A program made the translations under genes and the position numbers. From contig OX597827.1 of assembly GCA_951406725.2 (NCBI GenBank), positions 21,266,001-21,330,000 of the forward strand: a stretch of 64,000 nt of DNA, given 5' to 3'. The notes beneath the pieces were generated by a model. That model made no database searches. It was not told the origin of the DNA and saw only the letters and a program-made list of their open reading frames with translations. This DNA is from Octopus vulgaris (lineage: Eukaryota). This document shows, piece by piece, positions 24,905-35,497 of this stretch (its first letter is position 1; each line of letters begins with the position of its first letter).

Positions 24905-25740
24905 GTGGGCAACGAACACTTTCCATCATACCCAGCAAATGTGGTGTTATCAAGTACTTGCCAGGAAAAGAGTTTAGCCCCCAAGGACATTCATGGTGAC
25001 ATGCTTGCTATGTTAGAGGATGTCACTCTAGCTTTATCAACAGTGCACAAGTGGGCAACTAAAGTTTGGAGGGAAAGAGAGAGTCTTGAGTATAACCCAA
25101 GGTCTGGACATCCTGCAACTGCCACCACTGAGTAAAACATTAGTCATGATCACCACATGCTGATGGATGACAGGCGATTGATTATAAATCAAATAGCCAA
25201 TGCTATTAGCATATCCCGTGACAAAGTTGAGAATATTCTGCACTGTGAACTTGGCATGACAAGGTTTCTGCTTGGTTGGTGCCACATCTCACACCTGATC
25301 AAAATTGCACCAGGCTGATCACATCACAGGAAAATCTGACACCGAGGCAGATCCAGCTGGTTTCTTTGAACATTTCCTAAGCCAGAATGAGTGTTGGCTT
25401 CATCACTTTGAGTTGGAGACAAAGTGACAACCCATGCAGTGGAAACAGCCCTCCTCATCTGCTCTAAAGAAGCAGCAGGCAAGGTGATGGCCTCAGTTTT
25501 TTTGAGATGCAAAAGGCATTGTGTTTATTGACTATCCTCAAAAGGGCCAAACCCTCAAATGGAAAGTACTATGCCAACTTGCTGAGGCATTTACGAAAGG
25601 CTTTCAAGACCAAAGGCCTAGGGAAACTGACGAAAGGGATCTTGTTTCATCGGGACAATGTTCCAGCACACAGGTCCTTGCTTTCAATGGCCGCTGTGCT
25701 TAGCTTGTGGCTTTGAACTGGTTGATCACCCTCCCATACT
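24905..25740 (+). mobile_element. Decayed mariner (Tc1/mariner) transposase
   Basis: HTH STVxKW...RESLExxPRSGxP, WVP motif, KVMASVF.DAKG, YYANLLxxLRxA, LFHxDNxPAH and HPP. Confidence 0.85.
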
Positions 25741-26259
25741 GGCATGGACTATGGACGTTATTATACATTACACACATGTATACACACACATGCAAAGTGC
25801 TGTTTCATTAGGGTCAATTAGTTTGCTACCACCTCAACAGGAGTGATTATCTGTACCCTTCACAATGAAAGCAAAAAATATTTTGGAGTAACTTCAGTGG
25901 TTTACATCATAACCACTGCAAAAATACAAACAAGGATAAGGGTTAATATGTAAAGCAGTCAATTCAAGGCCAATGATAGACTGATTGTTAAATCACAAGA
26001 CGGATACAGTAGCTGATAATTGATAACTGAGTACAATGATAAAGAGAAAGGGTAAGATAGATAAATACAAACTGATTTATGATCAGTCGTAAACTATGTG
26101 GCTAGATTAACGATCTGTGAACGGTGAGGAGGAGAGGTTGGAGAGAAAAACTTTCTTGAAATATTGCTTACTTGAAAGACTGACGATAACATACATAAAT
26201 ATTAATCATAAATTACAACAAAAACTTCTATTAATTTTTCCGAAATATCTAACAATATA

Positions 26260-26715
26260 TAGGCATAGGAATGGCTGTGTGGTAAGTATAGGCGTAGAAG
26301 TGGCTGTGTGGTAAGTATAGGTGCAGAAGTGGCTGTGTGGTAGGTAGCCTGCTTACCAACCACATGGTTCAGGGTTCAGTCCCACTGTGTGGCACCTTGG
26401 GCAAGTGTCTTCTACTATAGCCTCAGGCCGACCAAAGCCTTGCGAGTGGATTTGGTAGATGAAAACTGAAGGAAGCCTGTCGTATATGTGTATATATATG
26501 TATGTTTGTGTGTCTGTATTTGTCCCCCCAACATCGCTTGACAACCGATGCTGGTGTGTTTATGTCCCCGTAACTTAGCGGTTCGGCAAAAGAGACCGAT
26601 AGAATAAGTACTGGGCTTAAAAAGAATAAGTCCAGGGGTCGATTTGCTTGACTTAAAGGCCGTGCTCCAGCATGGCCACAGTCAAATGACTGAAACAAGT
26701 AAAAGAGTAAAGAGT
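26260..26715 (+). mobile_element. tRNA-derived SINE family 1 (CR1-type tail), representative copy with a triplicated head
   Basis: Head TGGCTGTGTGG...GGTTCAGTCC, internal (TA/TG)n, tail CCAGCATGGCCRCAGTC..TGACTGAAAC. Other copies at about 439-1070(+), 2238-2645(+), 10627-10977(+), 14113-14478(-), 37068-37382(-), 37825-38205(-), 47245-47530(-) and 63711-64000(+). Confidence 0.9.
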
Positions 26716-26727
26716 AACAACACAATA

Positions 26728-29114
26728 CAAGCATACCTTGGCTGAAGTCGTTCTTGATTATATGTCAGTTTTCAAAAATAACATATGGAAAAATAAAAAT
26801 CAAGTAAAGTCATTTTACTCGACTGCACGTCTGTCTGCCACAAATATTGGAATTGTAAAATCACTAGAAAACTGTTAAAAGCACATAAAATGATGTTACT
26901 GCACAATAAATAAGAATAAAAGCATATAAAGTTATATTAAAATGCATAAAGTAAATGTTAAGATACACACCATAAAGTAGGGTAGCTTAGTGAATGAAAT
27001 CATGAAAGTTGTCTTATTTATCGGTCTTTCAGGGCTCATATTGCACTGTAGTTCCAATATCTACTGTTAGGCGTTGTCACTCGTGATTTCCGCAATTGTT
27101 TTGAATTCAAATTTATATCTGTTTATTGGCTTCTTTCTGATTCTCATTCATTTGTGACTTCATTTTCTGCTTCCATAGCTCCTAAGAAAATTCATAGTGA
27201 AAGTGCTAAGCACATGCTATAACACTGGAAGATAAACTGGCTGTGATAAAGTGCTATGAAAAAGGTGAAAAAGTGGTGGCAATTGCACAATCTTTTGGGA
27301 TGAGTCAGCAACTGTATCGATGATTGTACATAATAAGGACAAGATTTTAGTAGATATGAAATCTGAAGCCCCAGGCATGAAGAACACTGTCATCAATAAG
27401 AGGCAAAATCGTTGAAGAAATGAAAAGTTTTGTTTCTCTTTAGATTGTTAGGTTGAATTGTCAGAGTGTTAATATTAGTCAAGAAATCATTCAAGAGAAA
27501 GCGTTGTCTTTGAGGATCTGAAGAAAAAATATCAAGATGAGAAAGATGTAGAGTTCAAGACAAGTCAAGGATAGTTCATGAGATTTAAAGAGCAAAGAAG
27601 TTATCACTCCATTAAGAAGCAAAATAAAAGTGCATCAGCTGATGAACAAGCAGCAGCAGAATTTCCTAATGTATTAAAGAAAATGGGTTTCTTCCTGAAC
27701 AGATTTTTAACATAGACGAAACTGGATTGTATTGGAAAAAATTGCCAGACCGTTCATTCACTTCCAAGGAGAAAATTCCAGGCTACAAGGTGTCAAAAGA
27801 ACGTGTGACCATTATGTTGCTAAGTAACTGTGCAAGAGATTTTAAGTTGAAGCCATTGCTTATGTATCATGCACACAACCCCTGTGCTCTGAAGAACATA
27901 CCCAAGGCATCTCACCCTATTATATGGATGGCTAGTTCAAAAGCATGGGTTACTGTTGTTGTTTTTGAAGACTGGTTCTTCAATCATTTTATCCAAGCAG
28001 CAGAGAAGTACTGTAAGGAGAAGAGGATTCCGTTTAAGGTTTTACTTATCTTAGATAATGCTCTTGGCCACCCACAAAACATTGTAGATTTTGACCCCGA
28101 CGTTACCATCATACGCCTCCCTCTGAATAGCACGTCTCTTCTGCAGCCAATGGATCAGGGAATAATTGCTATCTTCAAGCGTTACTATATGAAGCATACG
28201 CTGTGGCAAGCAATAGCTGCAACTAATCTTGATGAGTCCATCACACTTTGTGACTTTTGGAAGAGATATGATATCTACAAGGCTGCACAGAACATAGCAG
28301 CAACATGGGATGAGGTACAGAGCACGGCTATGAAGGGTGTACAAAAGAAGCTATGCTCGCAATTCGTGAATGACTTTAAGGGGTTTGATAATGTTGCCAT
28401 CAACAAAACGTTAGTGACTAAGAGCAAAGAACTGGAAACGGATTAGGAGGAGGAGGATTTCACAGATTTATTTGAAAAAGACAAGCAGCCCCTGACAAAC
28501 CAGGATTTGATAGAGCTTCATGAGTAGCAAAATAAAGAAGAGGAAATCGAACCTGAACCACGTCACTTTACCATTAAGAAAATGTGGCAAGCATTTGCAT
28601 ATATTGAAAAAGGTCTTTTTATGTTCGAAGATATGGATCCAAATGCTCAATGCTTTTCCAAGATTATGGGGGCTTGTCACGAAGCTTTTGCTCCTTATAA
28701 TGTAATCCTTGAGGAAAAGAAGATTTAAAATTTAAAATAATTTAGTCTCTTTTTCTAATATTGCAAAATAATAACTACTGCATCTGTTTAAGCTTTAAAA
28801 AGGCTTTTATTTTACCATTTCTTATTGCAAACTGCATTCATAAATAAAGTGTCTGTTAATGTACAGTAAACACCGCCAAATTGTAGTCGTAAATTCAGAT
28901 TAATTTCTGTTTTACTGTACTGTATTAAAAAAATAAAAATTATTTGTTTATAAACTTAAAATAGGTTTTTACTAACCATGTATCATTGAAAATGCATTCA
29001 TAAATAAAGTATAGAACTGGGAATGGTTATTATCGGTTTAGCTTAGAGACAAGTAAATTCAACTTGAGTTGTGTCTCCTGGAACCAATTAACGACGTAGG
29101 GTGAGGTATGCTTG
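26728..29114 (+). mobile_element. Full-length decayed Tigger/pogo DNA transposon (about 2.39 kb); transposase remnant about 27175-28725
   Basis: 25-bp imperfect TIRs CAAGCATACCT...GTCGTT, TA at the left flank, CENP-B-type HTH and DDE_1 motifs (FNIDETGLYWKKLP, LLILDNA, TSLLQPMDQGII). Confidence 0.92.
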
Positions 29115-29524
29115 TGTAATGGAACTGGTTAATTCTTCACACTGTTTGGGTGCAACCAATTTCCTTTCCTTTTGTTTCTAGAAACTACCAGTCAGGAACA
29201 AAACGCAACTTAAAAAATAAATATGATTCTTTATTCTCTTATTTACAAATGAAGCACATTGGTAACCACTTGGTTCAATATAGCAAGGCTGAATTTTAAC
29301 ATTTGTAAGATTCTTACAACAAATTCAGCAGCAACAGAGTAGGTCAAATTCTAAGCATCTGGGACAGGAGAATGGCTGATCACACGTTAAATACGTCTTT
29401 TCGCTTCAATAGCTGTGTCTCAAGTCAATGACGCTAAACAAGGAACGCGATAGAATTTTCTTCCCCAGTCTCTAGCGCATGTGCATGAGGGAACTTCCGT
29501 AGGCCTTTCCAGAAGGTTCCAGCC

Positions 29525-29609
29525 CCGCACACGCACACTGAAGAATTACGTTCCGCACACGCACACTGAAGAATGACGTTGCGTGTGCACACACTGGAAA
29601 ATTACGTCA
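29525..29609 (+). repeat. Three 28-bp tandem units (ccgcacacgcacactgaagaattacgtt) in a CpG-enriched island
   Basis: Two near-identical units plus one diverged unit. Confidence 0.8.
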
Positions 29610-31053
29610 CTACACTTGTATATGGCAGAGCAAAATGTGCAGCAACAAATAAGGGCAAAGAAGCAATGTTAATATTATCTTTATTTTTCTAAGAAATAGA
29701 GTTACGAGAGTTTAAGTGGTTTCCATGTGAACATGTCAGAACCCATAGTACCAATTCCTTGGGATGTAAAAGAAGTCACTGACACCAGTCTCTGCTTAAG
29801 ACTCCCACTTCTCTATCAATCATCATTTCAGAAGATGCTCAGATAAGAAATTTTATCTTCTCGTTCATCTACTCTATTTCTGCACAGATCATAAACCCCT
29901 TATTAGTTCTTTTCAATATTCTATCTATTTCATTACCATGTAAACATAGTTTCAATAGTTTCATCTTCCTTGTTATTGTTTTAAGATAAACTCAAGTTCA
30001 TGCATATTCGTTTAATCGTCACATATTCATTTATTCGAGTTTTTCACATCGTCACTTTTTCTCTAATTTTGTCACAGATTGGCTGACCGAAAATTCTAAG
30101 ACTTTTTAATTCTATTTCACTATTATTGGCATTTGCTGTTTCATTAAATTATGTGACCCAAAATCCCAAAGAATATTTTTCTCCCCTCATGTTCTGTGAC
30201 CATCCTAACTCTGACCCCCTCTCTCTCTCTTTCGATTACCACTTGTTTCGCCAATACCTCCTCCTCCTCCACCCCACCCTATATAAACTAGCACATGCAC
30301 TTGGATTCCTCTACTCGATTTTTAATGACTACCCTGAAAGGGTACAAATCCAGAAGATGCTCTCGTCTGATTTTGCTAGCTCGCAAAATCAAATTCGATA
30401 ACAGCACCGCATGACTGGCATCCATACTAGTGGAGCGCTAAGAGCACCATCGAGCATGATCGTTACCAGGGCCGCTTACTGGCTCCCGTGCCGGTGGCAC
30501 ATAAAATGCACCACCCAAGCATGATTGTTACCAGCGTTGCCTTACTGGTACTTGTGCCGGTGGCACGTGTAAAACAACATTAGATTGAGGTCGCTGCCAG
30601 TGCCGCTGGACTGGCTCCTGTGCAGGTGGCACATAAAAACACCATTTGAGCGTGGCCATTCTCAGTACCGCCTGACTGGCCCTCGTGCCAGTGGCACGTA
30701 AAAGCGCCCACTACACTCTCAGAGTGGTTGGTGTTAAGAAGGGCATCCAGCTGTAGAAACCTTGCCAGATCAGATTGGAGCCCGGTGCAGCCATATGGCT
30801 CGCCAGTCCTCAGTCAAACCGTCCAACTGATGCCAGCATGGAAAGTGGATGTTAAACGATGATACCTCAAACTATGAAAATAAAGTCTGTACATGGTCAC
30901 CTGATTAGCTAGATACAAGAGCCAAATATCCTTCAAAGGTTGGGTGATGAATTGTCCAGCTGGTTGTAGATGAAACATAACAGGTCTAAGTGACTGGTCA
31001 ACATTAACAGACTGAGCTCAATGTACAATGTACTTTAAAGGAGAACAAGATAT

Positions 31054-31439
31054 GGATCTTAGCGGTGTCATATGAAATTGTCACCCATAATTATGACCCT
31101 AGTATCGATCTATTGCATTTCAATGTTTTAGGGTTAGGGCTGGGGGGAAGGGTATCTTTTTTTCTTCACAAATGTAAATAAACACAATCTGTTTCTTAAA
31201 CGAAGGACATATTCATATGGCACAGAATGTTTTTTACCTCAATACACGTCATTGATTGGTTGAAATTGCAGAAATTGAAGAAAAAAAAAACAACAAATAT
31301 CTTACAAACTATAGAATTTTCTCAATAAAGCCAAGAGAAAAAGAGGTTTTGTAAACACATTCTACCAGTATACGAAATTTAAGATTTTTTAGTTACCTAG
31401 AAATTATGTTAAAAACTGCTGTTCAAACCGAAAAGATCC
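31054..31439. mobile_element. MITE family A copy with partly deleted left TIR
   Basis: Near-identical to the reverse complement of 11452-11888. Confidence 0.85.
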
Positions 31440-32379
31440 AAATCTAGAAAATAAGACACTCTCATCATCATCATCTTTTAACATTCATCAGGGGTTGGAC
31501 AGTTCGACAGGATCCAATGCGTCTGAGAGCATTGTGTTCAGATGGCAGGGTTTCTGTGACTGGATCACCTTTTTGAAGCCAATCTCTTTACTAAGAGAGG
31601 TTGCCTTGGGGGTTACAGTAGAGGGAGAGGAAGCTTTATGCTAGGAGATGAGAGATTAAAGCATGAAAGAATGGTTCAGAATAGAACAGGCAAAAAACTG
31701 TTGCTCAGGTAAGTTAAGGGAAGTAACTCAGTAAAAACAGCTTAATGGTAGTCATCACAGTGGTGGTAGCAGTGGCAACGCCGGTGATGTAGTAGCAGCA
31801 GCCCAGATGTGGGAGTACGTCCCCATTAGTGAATGTTATGGATGGTCGGTCAGTGTGATGTGCTATGTCCAAGATTGGATGACGTCTGTGTAGAAAAGGT
31901 TGACGAGGAACGAAGGGTTCGTACAAAAATGAGTGAAAGCAAATAAGCATGTTCATCATCATCATCATCCTCATCATCGTTTAACATCCGTTCTCCATGC
32001 TAGCATGGGTTGGACGGTTCGACCGGGGATCTGGGAAGCCAGAAGGCTGCACCAGGCTCCAGTCTAATCTGGCAATGTTTCTACAGCTGGATGCCCTTCC
32101 TAACGCCAACCACTCCGTGAGTGTAGTGGATGCTTTTTACGTGCCACCTGCACAGGTGCCAGGTGAGGCTGGCAACGGCCACGGTCGGATTGGTGTATTT
32201 TATGTGCCACCGGCACGGAAGCCAGTCGAGGTGGTGCTGGCATCGGCCACAAGTCGGATAGTGCTTTTTACGTACCACCAGACCAGGGATCCTGGCTGGT
32301 TCAATTCGGTTTCGATTTCGCTTGCCCCAACATGTTATAAGAGGAAAAGTATAGGTGTATATTTTATCATCTCTAGACA

Positions 32380-32770
32380 CAGGCCAAGTTTGTGTTAAGA
32401 AACTTGCCTTCCCAACCTCCTGGTTTTCGGTTCAGCACCATGGCGGCTGTCTTCTACTATGGCTCAAGCTGACCAAAGCCTTGTGAGTGGATTTGGTAGA
32501 TGGAAACTGAAAGAAGCCTCACGTGTGTGAGTGTGTATATGTTTGTGTATGCTTGTACCTGTTTTTTTTTTTTGACATCACGTCATAGATGTAAATGAGT
32601 GCCACTGTCATATAAGCAGTGTCATTCATTTCCAATATTCTGCAGAAATCTTTTTGATCATGGGAAAAGATTTTATTTGGAAACTGGCAAGGATTGGTGA
32701 CATGAAGGTCATTGAAAATCTGCCTCAAACTGTCTGACAATAGGAAAATTGATCCAAGCAGGATGTGAAT
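32380..32770 (+). mobile_element. SINE with family-1 head and a different body and RTE-type tail; other copies at about 10120-10430(+), 18305-18720(-), 37430-37820(-), 40920-41250(+) and 62315-62705(-)
   Basis: Same head up to ACTGAAAGAAGCC, then a different body. Better-preserved copies end in CCCATG...ATGGA...(GAT)n, like the RTE 3' ends. Confidence 0.7.
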
Positions 32771-32859
32771 CCAAATATTTTTTTTTTAACTGGACCAAGT
32801 CATTGGACTGACCAAGCTGGGGCACCATATTTTGGGGTTTTAGGGAACCTGTGAAAGAG

Positions 32860-33360
32860 GTAGTCCTAGGAAGACCTGGGCTGAGGTGGTGAAGCACGAC
32901 TGTTGAACGTTGAGCCTCATGGAGGCAATGACAAGTGACAGACCTTTGGAGATATGCTGTGTATGAGAAGACCCGGTAAGCCAAGTGAGACCATAACTGT
33001 GGCCTGTGCCAGTGTCACATAACCGGCCCTTTTTAGAGTACCCTTCAAGCATTGGGCAATAAACTGTGCTGGCAAAGACCTGTTGAGTCAAGTGAAGTCA
33101 TTGTTGTGGCCAATGCCAGTATTACCTGACTGGCACCTGTGCTGGTAGCATGTAAAACACATCATACGAATGTGGTCAACGCTAGTGCTGCCTGACTGGT
33201 CTCATGCCAGTGGTATGTAAAAAGCACCCACTACACCCTAGGAGTAGAACCCTTACCAGATCAGACTGGAGCCTAGTGCAGCCTCCTGGCTTGCTAGTCC
33301 TCAGTCAAACCGTCCAACTCATGCCAGCATGGAAAGCAGACGTTAGACAACAATGATGAG
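32860..33360 (+). mobile_element. RTE LINE 3' end (ORF end plus 3' UTR plus GAT tail); 3'-UTR-only copies at about 3905-4095(-), 6808-7025(-), 18835-19022(+), 30410-30863(+), 31955-32300(-), 41605-41785(+), 45277-45720(-), 53918-54240(-), 55451-55606(-) and 56127-56530(-)
   Basis: PRKTWAEVVKHD...LWRYAV.EKTR* followed by the shared terminal block CCAACYCATGCYAGCATGGAAA and (GAT)n. Confidence 0.85.
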
Positions 33361-33496
33361 TCAGTTTTATCAAGCCCAGCATCTTTGCCCAGTACTTTTA
33401 TTAACCATCAGCTCATCTAGTTTATTTCGTAAAATTTCACTCACGGTATCTGTAAGCACAAAGCAATGATACATGATACTTGCCCTTGGTGCAGCA

Positions 33497-33532
<36 letters not shown>

Positions 33533-33810
33533 AAGAGAAAGAAACAGTTATTACTTTATTAGTAAAAAAATATGGCAAAAATGTGTAGCGAGAGCACTAA
33601 CTGACATCTGAAGCCCATAAAATATGTATAGAGGACTAAGTGCAATATAGATTCAATCTATATGGAATATATAGACAGGATTGAAAATGTAGTATGTTGA
33701 CAGTGTGTGTGTGTGTGTATGTATATATATGAACACATATACAAGTGCATGTCTGTCTATAACACAGTGGAATAAAATTTTGATGTTTTTTTGTCTTTGG
33801 TTTTAATAAG

Positions 33811-34134
33811 TGTTATTTCCTATTTGCTTCTCTCCAGAAATCAAAGAAAATAATTGCTATTCCCTTCAAACTTTGCTTTTGTGACTTGGACGTTGATGTT
33901 CTTAAACTCACCTATTTTCCATTATATTCTAGACAGATTCAGCACTGAGTTGCTCAAGCAGAAATATCGTTATGGCAAATATTCTGCTCAATAGCACAGA
34001 TCTGCTTGAACGTAACCACTTGAGCATGTCCTCAGTGGCTGACAACGTATGCAGCTCTGATGATGAGCAGGTTTGAAGGAAATATTAACCATTTTTCATA
34101 CTTTTTCCTAGGAGTCAGCAAATAGGAAATAACA
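33811..34134. mobile_element. MITE-like element with TIR TGTTATTTCCTATTTGCT
   Basis: 18-bp perfect terminal inverted repeat that extends imperfectly to about 60 bp. Confidence 0.6.
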
Positions 34135-34354
34135 GTTGCTACCAAATGACAAAAATCATATTGCAATGTAATCTAAATGGCAGAAATCTACCAGAAGAAA
34201 AGAAAATCTTCTGCTCTCCAATTTTTTATTTTTTTTTATTTTCTTACAGAAGATCTGACATTTGTCATAAGTTGAGGGCCCAGAATGGTTCTCTCTAAAG
34301 ATATTCTGATTCAAAATTTAATCACAAAATCAAACAAAAAACATTATATATATT

Positions 34355-35497
34355 CTAGGTAATAGAGACTTTATTTATTTGTTGTGAAGAGCTAGCAATG
34401 ATATAGTTATCATTGTCCACTGTACCTGTGCAGGGCCTCACTTTCAAGTGTCTCTTCATGTGTCGGTTAAGAATACTGTTGAGGGCAAATTTCTTACCAC
34501 AGACTTTACACTCATACAACAATTCTCGGGTGTGTATTTTTATGTGGATGTTACAACTACTGTTTCGAGAGAAGCTCTTACCACAGATATAGCAGCTGTA
34601 GGGCATTTCACCTGTGTGGGTGCGCAAATGGCGCTTCAGGATACTACTGACAGTAAAACTTTTCTCACACACTTCACACTGATAGGGTCGCTCCCCTGTG
34701 TGACTTCTCATATGCACGCGTAAGTTCCCTTTGCGAGAAAACCTCTTCTTGCACACCTCGCATTCATATGGGGTCTCCTTCGTGTGAACGCGCCAATGAA
34801 GCTTCAGTGTGCTGTCACGAGAGAAACTCTTTTCACAGAATTCACAATGGTAAGGTGTCTCGCCTGTATGTACCCTCATGTGGCGCTTTAATAGACTGCT
34901 GACAGAAAACCTCTTTTCACACACTTTGCAGCCGTATGGTTTCTCCCCCGTGTGTGTTCGCATGTGTACATTGAGGCCATTTTTGCGGACAAACTCCTTT
35001 TCACAAATGTTACATTTGAACATCGTACGATGTGTATGAATCTGAATGTGGCGATTAAGGGCAGTGTTCTTAGGGAAGCTCTTGTTACAAATTCTGCAAC
35101 GATATGGTCTTTCAAATGGATGCTTTCGACCATGCTGCCTTAACAGGTTACCATCTGGAAACTTCCCATCACCAGCATCTCCCGTATGTGATGCAAGGTG
35201 TATTCTCAAAAGAGCCCGGCAGGGAAACTCCTTTTTACAACGTTCACAAGTGTTTACTCGTGTGTTTAAAATGTTATCTGAACTTTTATTTTCAGTGCTA
35301 GACTTACATTTATTTGTAAAAGGATCATCTCTTTGGCCAACAAAATCAGTGATTTGGTCAAAACCTTGTTCTGCATTTTCTTTCGCACCAATTTCTTCTG
35401 TGTGAGTTCGAAGATGTTGCTTCAGAAACAATCTTTGAGAAAACTGTTTCCCACAAATATCACAGGAAAAAATGAGTTTTCGGGACGATTTCACCAT
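34355..35497 (-). CDS. C2H2 zinc-finger protein, 380 aa, 10 intact fingers plus one degenerate finger
   Basis: Repeated CxxC-12-HxxxH with TGEKPY-type linkers. Acceptor ttctctgacag (35508-35507) lies 9 nt before the ATG. Confidence 0.95.
   Translation of the reverse strand: MVKSSRKLIFSCDICGKQFSQRLFLKQHLRTHTEEIGAKENAEQGFDQITDFVGQRDDPFTNKCKSSTENKSSDNILNTRVNTCERCKKEFPCRALLRIHLASHTGDAGDGKFPDGNLLRQHGRKHPFERPYRCRICNKSFPKNTALNRHIQIHTHRTMFKCNICEKEFVRKNGLNVHMRTHTGEKPYGCKVCEKRFSVSSLLKRHMRVHTGETPYHCEFCEKSFSRDSTLKLHWRVHTKETPYECEVCKKRFSRKGNLRVHMRSHTGERPYQCEVCEKSFTVSSILKRHLRTHTGEMPYSCYICGKSFSRNSSCNIHIKIHTRELLYECKVCGKKFALNSILNRHMKRHLKVRPCTGTVDNDNYIIASSSQQINKVSIT

Noticed and set aside
27727-28446. Domesticated TIGD-type host gene
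   Set aside because: It lies between TIRs, and the flanking parts of the transposase carry stops and frameshifts.
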